A DNA stretch of 64,000 nucleotides, taken from assembly GCA_965262715.1 (NCBI GenBank), contig OZ253553.1, forward strand, positions 224,001 through 288,000, in the 5' to 3' direction. The DNA comes from Bdellovibrionales bacterium (lineage in GTDB: Bacteria > Bdellovibrionota > Bdellovibrionia > Bdellovibrionales > JAUICD01). Below are positions 51,126 to 59,462 of this stretch, piece after piece (position 1 is the first letter of the stretch; each line of letters begins with the position of its first letter). The notes below the pieces were generated by a model, which saw nothing but the letters and a program-made list of their open reading frames with translations, had not been told where the DNA came from and did not search any database. Both the position numbers and the translations under genes were made by a program.

Positions 51126-51593
51126 ATGAATACAAGGATTGCTCCTCGGACAGCTAACTTTATTAAAGATCAACTTAGAAAAGCTGCTGCATTCTATAGA
51201 GATGAAGCCGAACACAGTAGAGAGATTGGTGACTTAGGAATGTCGAATTGGTATGCTAATAGAGGCTTACAAATAGCAGAATTAGAAAGACAACTTGGTT
51301 CACGGATAACATTTGGAGATGTAGATGAGATTGGAACCTATATTCAAACAATTGCAGAAGATCATGAATACGATGTTATTGATGAAGAACAACGAGGGAC
51401 GTTAAGACGAGAGATATATGGAGGTGAAAAGCTTATTGGAAAGCATCATGCTTCAAACAAATTGGGGCTAGGATCAGGGTATTCTAGATGTAGAGACTGG
51501 ATTGAGGGAGATGTTGACAGAATTATTGCCAGATACCGTGAAATTGGAACTGTTAGACCTTTTAATAGAAAAGGTACAAGTAAACTTCGATGA
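51126..51593 (+). CDS. Hypothetical protein
   Basis: Open frame of ~155 aa with protein-like composition; no recognised motif; ATG at 51126 preferred to TTG at 51099. Confidence 0.6.
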   Translation: MNTRIAPRTANFIKDQLRKAAAFYRDEAEHSREIGDLGMSNWYANRGLQIAELERQLGSRITFGDVDEIGTYIQTIAEDHEYDVIDEEQRGTLRREIYGGEKLIGKHHASNKLGLGSGYSRCRDWIEGDVDRIIARYREIGTVRPFNRKGTSKLR

Positions 51594-51735
51594 TATCTAC
51601 TCCCTCATAATAAGGCGCAACCTTTCTCGTCTCTGTATCAACTCATCCCTACGCTGTTCATTATATCTTATGATATCTCTAAGATTTTTTATAAGGGTTT
51701 ATGAGTGCTATCCTTTAAAAGGTCTTCTTGTATTT

Positions 51736-52914
51736 TTATAAGTGCTTTTTGATCTCTTCCATCATTTGAAGTGTTCCCATGACTGTTATTTTATCTTTAT
51801 ATGGAAACCTATCATTACCTCCATAAATTACAAATTTCTTATCAGCTTTTATATCTTCACATGCACTATGATATCCTCTAGGTATTTTAAAGTCTTCTGC
51901 GCTTTTTTTGATCTCAATAGCCCATGTTTCTTGTTTTATTTTTAAGACTAAATCGATTTCTGCACCAGCTACAGTTCTGTAAAAAGAATAATCTATGTTA
52001 TTAGGAAGAATAGAGAGTATATTATTTATAACAAACCCTTCCCAGCTAGTTCCAATAATTGGATGTGAAAGCAGATGATCATATGTTTCAATATTTAATA
52101 AGCTATGTAAAATACCAGTGTCATTAATATAAATACGATACGATTTGATAAGTCGCTTTTTTACATTCACATATAAAGGACAAAGTTTTTTTATTAAGAA
52201 AAGCTCAGATAATATATCTATATAGCGTTGAACTGTTTTACTATCTATATGTAAATTTTTTGCTAATTGTGAAGCGTTTAATAGGCTTCCATTATAATGC
52301 GCTAACATTTCTAAAAGTCTTTTAAATTGATCTACTGGAATACGAAAACCAAATTGAGGAATGTCACGTTCTAAATAGGTTGTCATGAAATCTTTTCTCC
52401 ACTGAAGGCTTATACTTTCGTTAGGACTTAAGTAACTTTTAGGAAATCCACCTTTTAACCATAAATTGATAATGTCAGTGTGTGAACTTGGTTGAGTTTC
52501 TAATAAATTAAATCCATGCATGTTTATATAGCTGATTCTACCGGCTAAGCTCTCTGATGATTGACGTATGAGTTTTTTAGATGCTGAACCTAAAATAAGA
52601 TACCTACCTGATAGCATGCTTTGATCAATAAGTACCCTCAATACTGAAAATAACTCTGGCTTTTTTTGAACCTCGTCGATAATAACCAGTTTATCTGTAT
52701 GTTGAGATAAAAAAGAATATGGATCGCTCAGTTTTAACAAATCCTTAGGTGATTCTAAATCAAGATAAATGCTTTTATGTTTCTTTGCTATAAATTCCTT
52801 AGCTAAAGTGCTTTTACCAACTTGCCTTGGGCCTAAAATAGCAACGGCAGGATTGTTTTGCAGTCTGCCTTCAACTTCATCATAAATAAAGCGATGTAAT
52901 ATCTTAACTTGCAT
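51736..52914 (-). CDS. AAA_14 ATPase with DUF4143 (paralog of 32696-33865)
   Basis: GPRQVGKST, IDEVQ, LGSAS, ESLAGR, KGGFP, KRLIKS, EID…IEIK. Confidence 0.92.
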   Translation of the reverse strand: MQVKILHRFIYDEVEGRLQNNPAVAILGPRQVGKSTLAKEFIAKKHKSIYLDLESPKDLLKLSDPYSFLSQHTDKLVIIDEVQKKPELFSVLRVLIDQSMLSGRYLILGSASKKLIRQSSESLAGRISYINMHGFNLLETQPSSHTDIINLWLKGGFPKSYLSPNESISLQWRKDFMTTYLERDIPQFGFRIPVDQFKRLLEMLAHYNGSLLNASQLAKNLHIDSKTVQRYIDILSELFLIKKLCPLYVNVKKRLIKSYRIYINDTGILHSLLNIETYDHLLSHPIIGTSWEGFVINNILSILPNNIDYSFYRTVAGAEIDLVLKIKQETWAIEIKKSAEDFKIPRGYHSACEDIKADKKFVIYGGNDRFPYKDKITVMGTLQMMEEIKKHL

Positions 52915-52939
52915 GGTTTGACTTCCTTATCAATATCTA

Positions 52940-52976
52940 CCTTGTATTTTCGTATATTATCTCCAAGTTTACAAGG
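52940..52976. promoter_or_regulatory. 37-bp inverted repeat upstream of the second AAA-DUF4143 gene
   Basis: CCTTGTA-N23-TACAAGG; an extra half-site CCTTGTATTTTCG at ~52993. Confidence 0.7.
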
Positions 52977-53178
52977 TTAAACTGAAGAATTACCTTGTAT
53001 TTTCGGAAAAATAAGTGAAAATCTATAGAAGTGTTTATACATTTTACGCATCTCTCTGCGAGACAGGTTGTTTGTCTTTACTTTAGACTCAAGTCAGGTA
53101 GATTTTTATTAACAGTTAAAATAAGCTTTTAAGAATCATAAAAAATGATTTAAAATCTTTGTATCAAAGGAGAATAGA

Positions 53179-53601
53179 TTGGTTTATTTTCAGCAGGTAC
53201 AGTCAATTCAGTATATTTTGTTTTGTTTACTAATTGCTTTTTTAATGGCGAGCTGTACTGTCAATCTTCCTACTGAGAAGCCTGTTACTGATAAACAAGC
53301 TATTCAAAAAGTTGTGGAAGAAAATATTAAAGAGTTAAGAGTTTGTTATGAAAGACTTGCTCAAAGAGATCCAAATGTCTCTGGGCAGGTGGAGTTTAAA
53401 TGGACTATTCAGGTCGATGGTCTTGTAGAAAATGTTAGAGTCGTAAAATCACAAATTAAAGATGAAGACACATTAGAATGTATGATAGCGTCCTTAGCAA
53501 CATGGAAATTTCCAAAGCCCTCAAGAGGTGTAGTATTAGATATAGATTACCCATTTGTATTTGTAATATCTAAGAAGAAATCATCGCCAAGTATCAAATA
53601 G
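53179..53601 (+). CDS. Lipoprotein with AgmX/PglI (TonB-C-like) domain
   Basis: Lipobox MASC; LRVCYE…P.VSGQV…W.I..DG.V…ECM…WKFPKP…YPFVF. Confidence 0.8.
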   Translation: MVYFQQVQSIQYILFCLLIAFLMASCTVNLPTEKPVTDKQAIQKVVEENIKELRVCYERLAQRDPNVSGQVEFKWTIQVDGLVENVRVVKSQIKDEDTLECMIASLATWKFPKPSRGVVLDIDYPFVFVISKKKSSPSIK

Positions 53602-53657
53602 TATGGCAAATATAACAGTTTGGTTCATAACTACTTAAGCTCTCTTTTCTCCGGGAT

Positions 53658-53864
53658 ATGGCAGCCTACGCAATCCGGCATACCGTACATGGAATCAACC
53701 TTGCAATTAATTTTTATCGTAACTCTAGGAAATTAAGTTTAAGAGAACCTCTTAAAAACCAGTTCCATAGAGCTTCTCTAAGCATTGTACGTAGGTTGGC
53801 TGAAAAAAGTGCTAAACCAACTGCTAAAGAACGTAGAAAATTCTATAGGATTAGTCTTGGATAA
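53658..53864 (+). pseudogene. Truncated four-helix-bundle (IVS/bAvd-like) protein
   Basis: LAINFY…LKNQFHRASLSIV..LAE.SAK.T.KERRKFYRISLG then a premature stop; preceded by the family 3 GC repeat. Confidence 0.7.
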
Positions 53865-53877
53865 GATATAACTTAAA

Positions 53878-54041
53878 TAGTTTCCCTAACATGATGTAAG
53901 AAATGAAGAATATCTTCTTACTCAAAATAAATGGATTTTCTAGGCAATGACCTATTTGCTGAGGGCATTAGCCGTCAGGGTCATTGTCAGAAAGCAACCA
54001 GAGGCTTGCCTCGAGAGGTTGGTTTATTTTGAGTGAAACTA
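53878..54041 (-). repeat. Palindromic element family 1, copy E
   Basis: Reverse complement has ACTCAAAATAAA/TTTATTTTGAGT, CAATGACC/GGTCATTG, one 14-bp unit; termini TAGTTTCCCT…AGTGAAACTA. Confidence 0.9.
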
Positions 54042-54061
54042 ATTCAAGCTATACACAATGA

Positions 54062-55159
54062 TCAGGAAGATTCAAGTGCAAGTTCAATGAGTTTATCTAG
54101 AAGGGCAGAGTAGCTAAGGCCAGTGGCTTGCCAAAGCTTAGGGTACATACTGATAGAAGTAAATCCAGGGATAGTATTCACTTCATTTACCAAAACTTCT
54201 CCAGATGACTTGAGAAAAAAGTCTACCCTTGCCATTCCTCTACATTCTAGCAGTAAAAATACTTTTTTTGCCATCTCTTGAATGTTTCGGATTTGAGTGT
54301 CTGAAAGATTCAGGTTTGATATTTTAAGCAAGGCGCCTTGAGGATCTAAATATTTTGCTTTGTAAGAGTAAAATTCATGGTGAGGCACAATCTCCCCAGG
54401 AAGTGAAGCTTTCGGTTCCTCATTTCCTAAAATTGCAACTTCAATTTCACGTCCTTCAATGCACTCTTCAACAATGGCTTTCTTATCATATTTTAAAGCT
54501 TCTTCTATAGCTTGTTTTAAAAATGCATCATCTTTTATTTTTTGAATTCCTATAGATGAACCCATATTTGCAGGTTTGACAAAAACAGGAAATCCAAGTG
54601 ATTTTACTTGTTCTAATATTTGTTCTTTTTGATAATAATGAGCAGCTTTTTTTAAAGCAGATACTTCAACGAATCTAGCTGTAGGAATATGAGCATTTAA
54701 AAGTAACTTTTTTGTGAATATCTTATCCATACAAATGGCAGAAGATAAGACATCTGGGCCTACAAAGGGTAAATTAGAGCATTTGAGCAGTCCTTGAAAG
54801 CTGCCATCTTCTCCATAAGGACCATGAAGAACAGGAAATGCGACATTTATTTGTAGGGGATCTTTATCATTTGATATTACGCTTTTATTTTCATTAAGAT
54901 AGCTAAGATATGCTATTTCATTTTTTGAAAATAATATGACAGGCTTGCCAATTTGATCAAAGCTTAAACCTTGTTTAGCTTTTAAAAATGAAGAAGTATC
55001 TGCGATATGATACCAACTGCCATTTTTATCAATCCCTATAAGAAAAACATTATATTTATTAACATCTAAGTTTTGGACAACACTTTGCGCGGATTGAATC
55101 GAAATAGGATGCTCCTCTGATTTTCCTCCAAAAAAAACAACTACATTTAATTTTTTCAT
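54062..55159 (-). CDS. ddl: D-alanine--D-alanine ligase
   Basis: GGKSEEH, LHGPYGEDG, MDK, VKPANMGSSIG, YSYKAKY, ARVDFF, NEVNTIPG. Confidence 0.97.
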   Translation of the reverse strand: MKKLNVVVFFGGKSEEHPISIQSAQSVVQNLDVNKYNVFLIGIDKNGSWYHIADTSSFLKAKQGLSFDQIGKPVILFSKNEIAYLSYLNENKSVISNDKDPLQINVAFPVLHGPYGEDGSFQGLLKCSNLPFVGPDVLSSAICMDKIFTKKLLLNAHIPTARFVEVSALKKAAHYYQKEQILEQVKSLGFPVFVKPANMGSSIGIQKIKDDAFLKQAIEEALKYDKKAIVEECIEGREIEVAILGNEEPKASLPGEIVPHHEFYSYKAKYLDPQGALLKISNLNLSDTQIRNIQEMAKKVFLLLECRGMARVDFFLKSSGEVLVNEVNTIPGFTSISMYPKLWQATGLSYSALLDKLIELALESS

Positions 55160-55890
55160 TTGTTATCTTTCAAATTAAAATAAACATTTTGTACATCTTC
55201 TAGATCATTCAAATTTTTGATTAATTGCAAAACTTTTTTTGCTTTATTCTCATCTAAGGCTATTTGGTTGCTAGCTTTTTTTAAAATACAATGATCTGTT
55301 GGCTCATATCCTGCAGTTTGCAGTTGATCTAATAGAGGTTGTTTAGAAGGTGTCAAAATATAGAGGTTTTCTGTTGTTTCCTTAATATCTTCTGCTCCGG
55401 CTTCAATAGCTGCTTCCTCAAGATGGTCAATGTCTATATTTTTCTGTTTTAAAAAAGCCTTATCAAAGGTGAATTGATTTTGAGTCGCAAAGATCCAGCT
55501 CACAGAGCCTTTTTCTCCAATACTTCCACCTGCCTTTTGAAAAATCAATCGCACTTGAGCAATTGTACGCGTCTTGTTATCAGTAAGGCATTCTATTAAG
55601 ATAGCTATTCCACCTGGTCCATAACCCTCATAAGTGACTTCCTCATAAGTTTTGCCTAAAATTTCACCTGTACCTCTTTTGATGGCGTCAGTGATTTTAT
55701 CTTTAGGCATAGAAATATCTCTAGCAGACTTGATAGCTCTTCTTAAACGAGGATTGGTATCAGGGTCTCCTCCTGCTAATTTTGCTGCCACAATGATTTC
55801 TCTGGCATGCTTAGAGAATAAAACGCCTCTTTTAGCGTCCTCTTTTTCCTTACCTCTTTTGATGGTAGACCACTTACTATGTCCTGACAT
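55156..55890 (-). CDS. yebC: YebC/PmpR-family protein
   Basis: MSGHSKWSTIK, NPRLR, YEGYGPGG, TDNKTRT, DVQNVY; true start is the Met at 55890. Confidence 0.96.
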   Translation of the reverse strand: MSGHSKWSTIKRGKEKEDAKRGVLFSKHAREIIVAAKLAGGDPDTNPRLRRAIKSARDISMPKDKITDAIKRGTGEILGKTYEEVTYEGYGPGGIAILIECLTDNKTRTIAQVRLIFQKAGGSIGEKGSVSWIFATQNQFTFDKAFLKQKNIDIDHLEEAAIEAGAEDIKETTENLYILTPSKQPLLDQLQTAGYEPTDHCILKKASNQIALDENKAKKVLQLIKNLNDLEDVQNVYFNLKDNK

Positions 55891-56039
55891 TTTTCCTCTT
55901 TCTATAAAAGCAGAGCTTTTGAGATGGCTTCTATTATAAAACCTTGTCAATTGTATTTTTATTTACTTTAATTCTTTTAGGTATCTATTTTAAGAGAAAT
56001 ATTCTTTTTTGTAAAAAAATAAATCACATATAGGCTAAT

Positions 56040-56876
56040 TTGATGGAAAAACAAGATCATTACCGTATGATAGAGCGCTATCAGGCACTTTATGAAAAGA
56101 ACCGCCGCAGCAAGATTTTTGCATCTTTGGCTGAGTCTTACATAAAAGTAGGCATGTTAGAACCAGCGTTAGAAATATCCCATAGAGGGGTTAAAATGCA
56201 CCCTCATTTTCCAAATGGACACATGGCATTAGCAAAAGTTTATCTTGCATTACAAAATATGGATAATGCCATTTTCGAGCTTAAAAAAGTTATAGAACTT
56301 TCACCAGAAAACATCCTTGCTCACAAATTGCTTGCTAAAACATTTCTGAAAAAAGGGCAAAATAAATTGGCGCTAAGGTCATTTAAAATGGTCCTTTTTT
56401 TAAGTCCTGAAAATAGTGAAGTTATACAGCAAGTTCGAACTCTTGAAAAGTCTATCTCAGATGAGAATAATGACTCATTTGAAATGAAATTTCTTGAGAA
56501 GCTCGTAGATACTTCAAAAGATTCTGCCACCTCTTCTCCGCCTCAAGCACAGCAAAAGCAACCTCTTTCCCATAAAAAAGAGTGTCCTGTTTTTTTAGAA
56601 AGAACTCTTTCTTTAGCTGACGCTTATATTAAACGCAATGACATTCAATGGGCTTTAAAAACTTTAGAGGAAGCTGAAAACAGCTTAGGTCCCCATCCAG
56701 AATTAACAAAACGTATAAGATTTTTATCAGCTCGTTCCTATTCTAATCTACCTGATTTTATAGAAGATTCTCCTCATAGTGTACCTACAGATGTTTTAAA
56801 AAAGGTTGCTTTTTTAAAAGAGTTATTAGCACGTATTGATAGAAATTCTGCCACAACCCACAAAATAGACTTATAA
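56040..56876 (+). CDS. Tetratricopeptide-repeat protein
   Basis: SKIFASLAESY, HP.F..GHMALAKVY, SPENILAHKLLA TPR pattern. Confidence 0.85.
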   Translation: MMEKQDHYRMIERYQALYEKNRRSKIFASLAESYIKVGMLEPALEISHRGVKMHPHFPNGHMALAKVYLALQNMDNAIFELKKVIELSPENILAHKLLAKTFLKKGQNKLALRSFKMVLFLSPENSEVIQQVRTLEKSISDENNDSFEMKFLEKLVDTSKDSATSSPPQAQQKQPLSHKKECPVFLERTLSLADAYIKRNDIQWALKTLEEAENSLGPHPELTKRIRFLSARSYSNLPDFIEDSPHSVPTDVLKKVAFLKELLARIDRNSATTHKIDL

Positions 56877-56917
56877 TAAATGATAACAGTCTTTAGAGGC
56901 TTATTTGACCATCTAAA

Positions 56918-57826
56918 TCAAATGTTGATTTTTTTAATCAGCTCAATAGCTTCATAGGAGGCTCGTTCTAACGCCTCTTTGGTAGCTGCTCCCAAATGAG
57001 GAGAAAGAGTTACATTTGGAAAGCTATTAATTTGAGCTTTTACAACATCTGAAATATTAAAAACATCTAAAGCCACCATCCCAACACATTTTTCTTTTAA
57101 AGCTTTCAATAAGACATCAATGGATAAAACGTGCTCTCGAGCCACATTAATAAATAAGCCATCTATCCCTAAGTCTTTAAGCAGATCAAATGTGATGATA
57201 TGATGTGTTTCTTTTGTTTTTGGAACATGAATGCTCACAATATCAGAGCACTTAAAAAGCTCACCAAGGGAAACTCTTTCTGCTTGATGATTTTTGAAAA
57301 CTTTATCTTCGATGTAAGGATCATAAGCTAAGATATTTGCTCCAAAACCTTTAGCGAGTTTTGCCACATAACTTCCCACTCGTCCTAAACCCATAATACC
57401 CCATGTTTTTTGATAAATTTCTGTACCTATTAGAAGTCCACGATCAAGAGGCATTTTTTTCCCGGAAGATAAATCGATTTTTTTAAGATGCCGTAAGCTC
57501 TGAAGAGCAAGGGCTATTGTAAATTCTCCTGTAGAGACTCTATTGGCATAAGGTGTATGAGTCCATTTGACACCCTGTTTCTCACAAGCCTGTGCATCAA
57601 TATGATCAAAACCTGAGGTTAATGTGATCACAAAACATAAGTCTTTTGCCTGTTCTAAGAGTTGATTGTTAATCTGAGTTTTTGAACGTATAATAGCAAT
57701 TTCTGCATAAGCTATTTCTTGTTGTGTAGGGTTTGCATAGGTTTTGGTTCTTCTAACTTCATGTCCTAACTGTTTGAGCTGGAGTTCTGCTTCTGGTAAG
57801 AATCTTTCTGTAATCAAAATCCTCAT
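56918..57826 (-). CDS. D-2-hydroxyacid dehydrogenase, short SerA-like (no ACT domain)
   Basis: SGFDHID, GLGRVG, AYDPY, HVPKT, NVAR, LDVF, SPHLGAAT. Confidence 0.85.
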   Translation of the reverse strand: MRILITERFLPEAELQLKQLGHEVRRTKTYANPTQQEIAYAEIAIIRSKTQINNQLLEQAKDLCFVITLTSGFDHIDAQACEKQGVKWTHTPYANRVSTGEFTIALALQSLRHLKKIDLSSGKKMPLDRGLLIGTEIYQKTWGIMGLGRVGSYVAKLAKGFGANILAYDPYIEDKVFKNHQAERVSLGELFKCSDIVSIHVPKTKETHHIITFDLLKDLGIDGLFINVAREHVLSIDVLLKALKEKCVGMVALDVFNISDVVKAQINSFPNVTLSPHLGAATKEALERASYEAIELIKKINI

Positions 57827-57849
57827 ATTTTTTCACCAACAAATTATTG

Positions 57850-59019
57850 TTATTGATTTAGATTTTCTGAGGCACTTAAGAGAGCTTTTTGAGGATCAGA
57901 AGGCAAGCCAAAATGTTGGAGTGCTTTTCCTAAAGCGTTAATAACAGCTAAAATATCCTCATCTTGTATATCTCCCATATGTCCTATTCTAAGTAGTTTA
58001 TCATTAAGATGATCTTGTCCTCCAGCAATAGTTATATTGTACTTATCTTGAAGATAAGACTTAATGGCATTAGCTCCAACTGTTTGGCCTGATGAGTTTG
58101 TCTGTTCTTTGAGAGTGAAAGCCGTAAGTGCTGGGCTTGGAACTTGAGGGAATATTTCAGATCCTAAATGTGGCAATGCTGTACTTAGAGTTTTTGCTAT
58201 TTTCTGACAATATTTTTTTTGGTGTTGTTTATTGAGTTTGTTTTGAAGTACCCAGTGCAAAGCTCGTATATGTGCGATGGCTGATGTAAAATGTGTTTGT
58301 CCTTTTTGGTTGGCTTTAAGCTCTGCTTGCAAACTCCAATAAAACTTAGGAAAACTACTTTTTTGATTTGCCTTCCATGCTTTTTCTGAAAGAGATATAA
58401 ACCCAATACCTGGGGGTAGCATAAAGGCTTTTTGCGCACCTCCAATCACCACATCAAGACCCCAGCTATCCATGGGTATATCCATTACAGCAAGTGCTGA
58501 GATAGCATCCACAATGAGGAGTGTATCTGTATTTGCTGTTACCTTAGCAAGCTTGTATATGGGATGTAGTGCTCCAGTACTTGTTTCTGAAGCTTGCACT
58601 AAAAGAGCTTTGGTGTTTTTAGAAAGCTGGCTTTTAACAACTTCAGGATCAATAGATTTTCCCCATGGGACTTTAATTTCTTGAACTTGAAGGTCTAATG
58701 CTTTTGCCATTTTTGTCCAACGCTCTCCAAATTTTCCAGCATTGACGATCAGAACATGATCCTTTGGAGAAAGTGTATTGACAAGAGCAGATTCCATCAG
58801 TCCTGTTCCCACTGCTGTTTGAATAAAAACAGGTTGTTTTGTCTCAAAAATAAGAGGCAGATCATTAAGTACTTCTTTTAGAATATTTGTAAACTCCTTT
58901 GTACGATGATGTAAAAGAGGTTGACCAAGGATCTTTAAGACCTCCAGTGGTAAAGACACGGGGCCTGGAGTTAAAAGCCTGTATTTGTCATAAGAAACGT
59001 TTGAGATATTTAAGGTCAT
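57850..59019 (-). CDS. Class V aminotransferase (serine-pyruvate/alanine-glyoxylate type)
   Basis: LLTPGP, HHRT, GKFGERW, ETSTG, VDAIS, GAQKAFMLPPG, GGQ, RIGHMG. Confidence 0.92.
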   Translation of the reverse strand: MTLNISNVSYDKYRLLTPGPVSLPLEVLKILGQPLLHHRTKEFTNILKEVLNDLPLIFETKQPVFIQTAVGTGLMESALVNTLSPKDHVLIVNAGKFGERWTKMAKALDLQVQEIKVPWGKSIDPEVVKSQLSKNTKALLVQASETSTGALHPIYKLAKVTANTDTLLIVDAISALAVMDIPMDSWGLDVVIGGAQKAFMLPPGIGFISLSEKAWKANQKSSFPKFYWSLQAELKANQKGQTHFTSAIAHIRALHWVLQNKLNKQHQKKYCQKIAKTLSTALPHLGSEIFPQVPSPALTAFTLKEQTNSSGQTVGANAIKSYLQDKYNITIAGGQDHLNDKLLRIGHMGDIQDEDILAVINALGKALQHFGLPSDPQKALLSASENLNQ

Positions 59020-59140
59020 TTTTAAGACTCTGGTTTATTTCAGTTTTTGTGTACATAATAAAAAGCTAAAAAAGAGTCTGCTGTCAAGCTAAAAGTGGGT
59101 CCAATTGTTTTTTATCACTATATTGGTTTGGCTTTGTGTG

Positions 59141-59366
59141 CATAAACATCGGTTGTGACTTCCTATATATACTAAGATTTGTAGTAGGCTTATTCACTAG
59201 CAGCAGGCAACCCCCGTGCCTTGCATTGCTATCATCTTTATGATTTTATTATAGAATAAAGTATTTTATACAAACCCTTTTCCCTAAGGCACTGGCCTGA
59301 GCTAGTTCATAAGCCTACTACAAATCTCATCTTAAACCTTATGCTCCTAGTCGTTTGATATTTATG
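59141..59366. repeat. Long interrupted hairpin
   Basis: Perfect 19-bp IR 59175-59193/59309-59327, inner ACTAGC/GCTAGT, CAGGC/GCCTG, GTGCCTT/AAGGCAC; outer CATAAACATC/GATATTTATG. Confidence 0.85.
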
Positions 59367-59462
59367 TAACAAGATCTATTATATTTGTAGAATATGCTTT
59401 ACAATTCATATAAGATAACCGAATGATAACTTAGCATAAAGTAAAACTAAGATGGTGTTAAA

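Noticed and set aside
53658..53864. Diversity-generating retroelement suggested by the bAvd-like relic
   Set aside because: No reverse transcriptase and no template/variable repeat pair with adenine-specific differences seen in the window
1573..54041. Family 1 and 2 repeats as a CRISPR array or integron attC array
   Set aside because: Copies are dispersed, not regularly spaced, and there are no cas or intI genes. Termini do not fit RYYYAAC…GTTRRRY and the copies do not consistently follow cassette ORFs
59141..59366. 6S RNA or riboswitch call for the long hairpin
   Set aside because: No recognisable conserved motifs; the large AT-rich terminal loop does not fit the 6S central-bubble architecture
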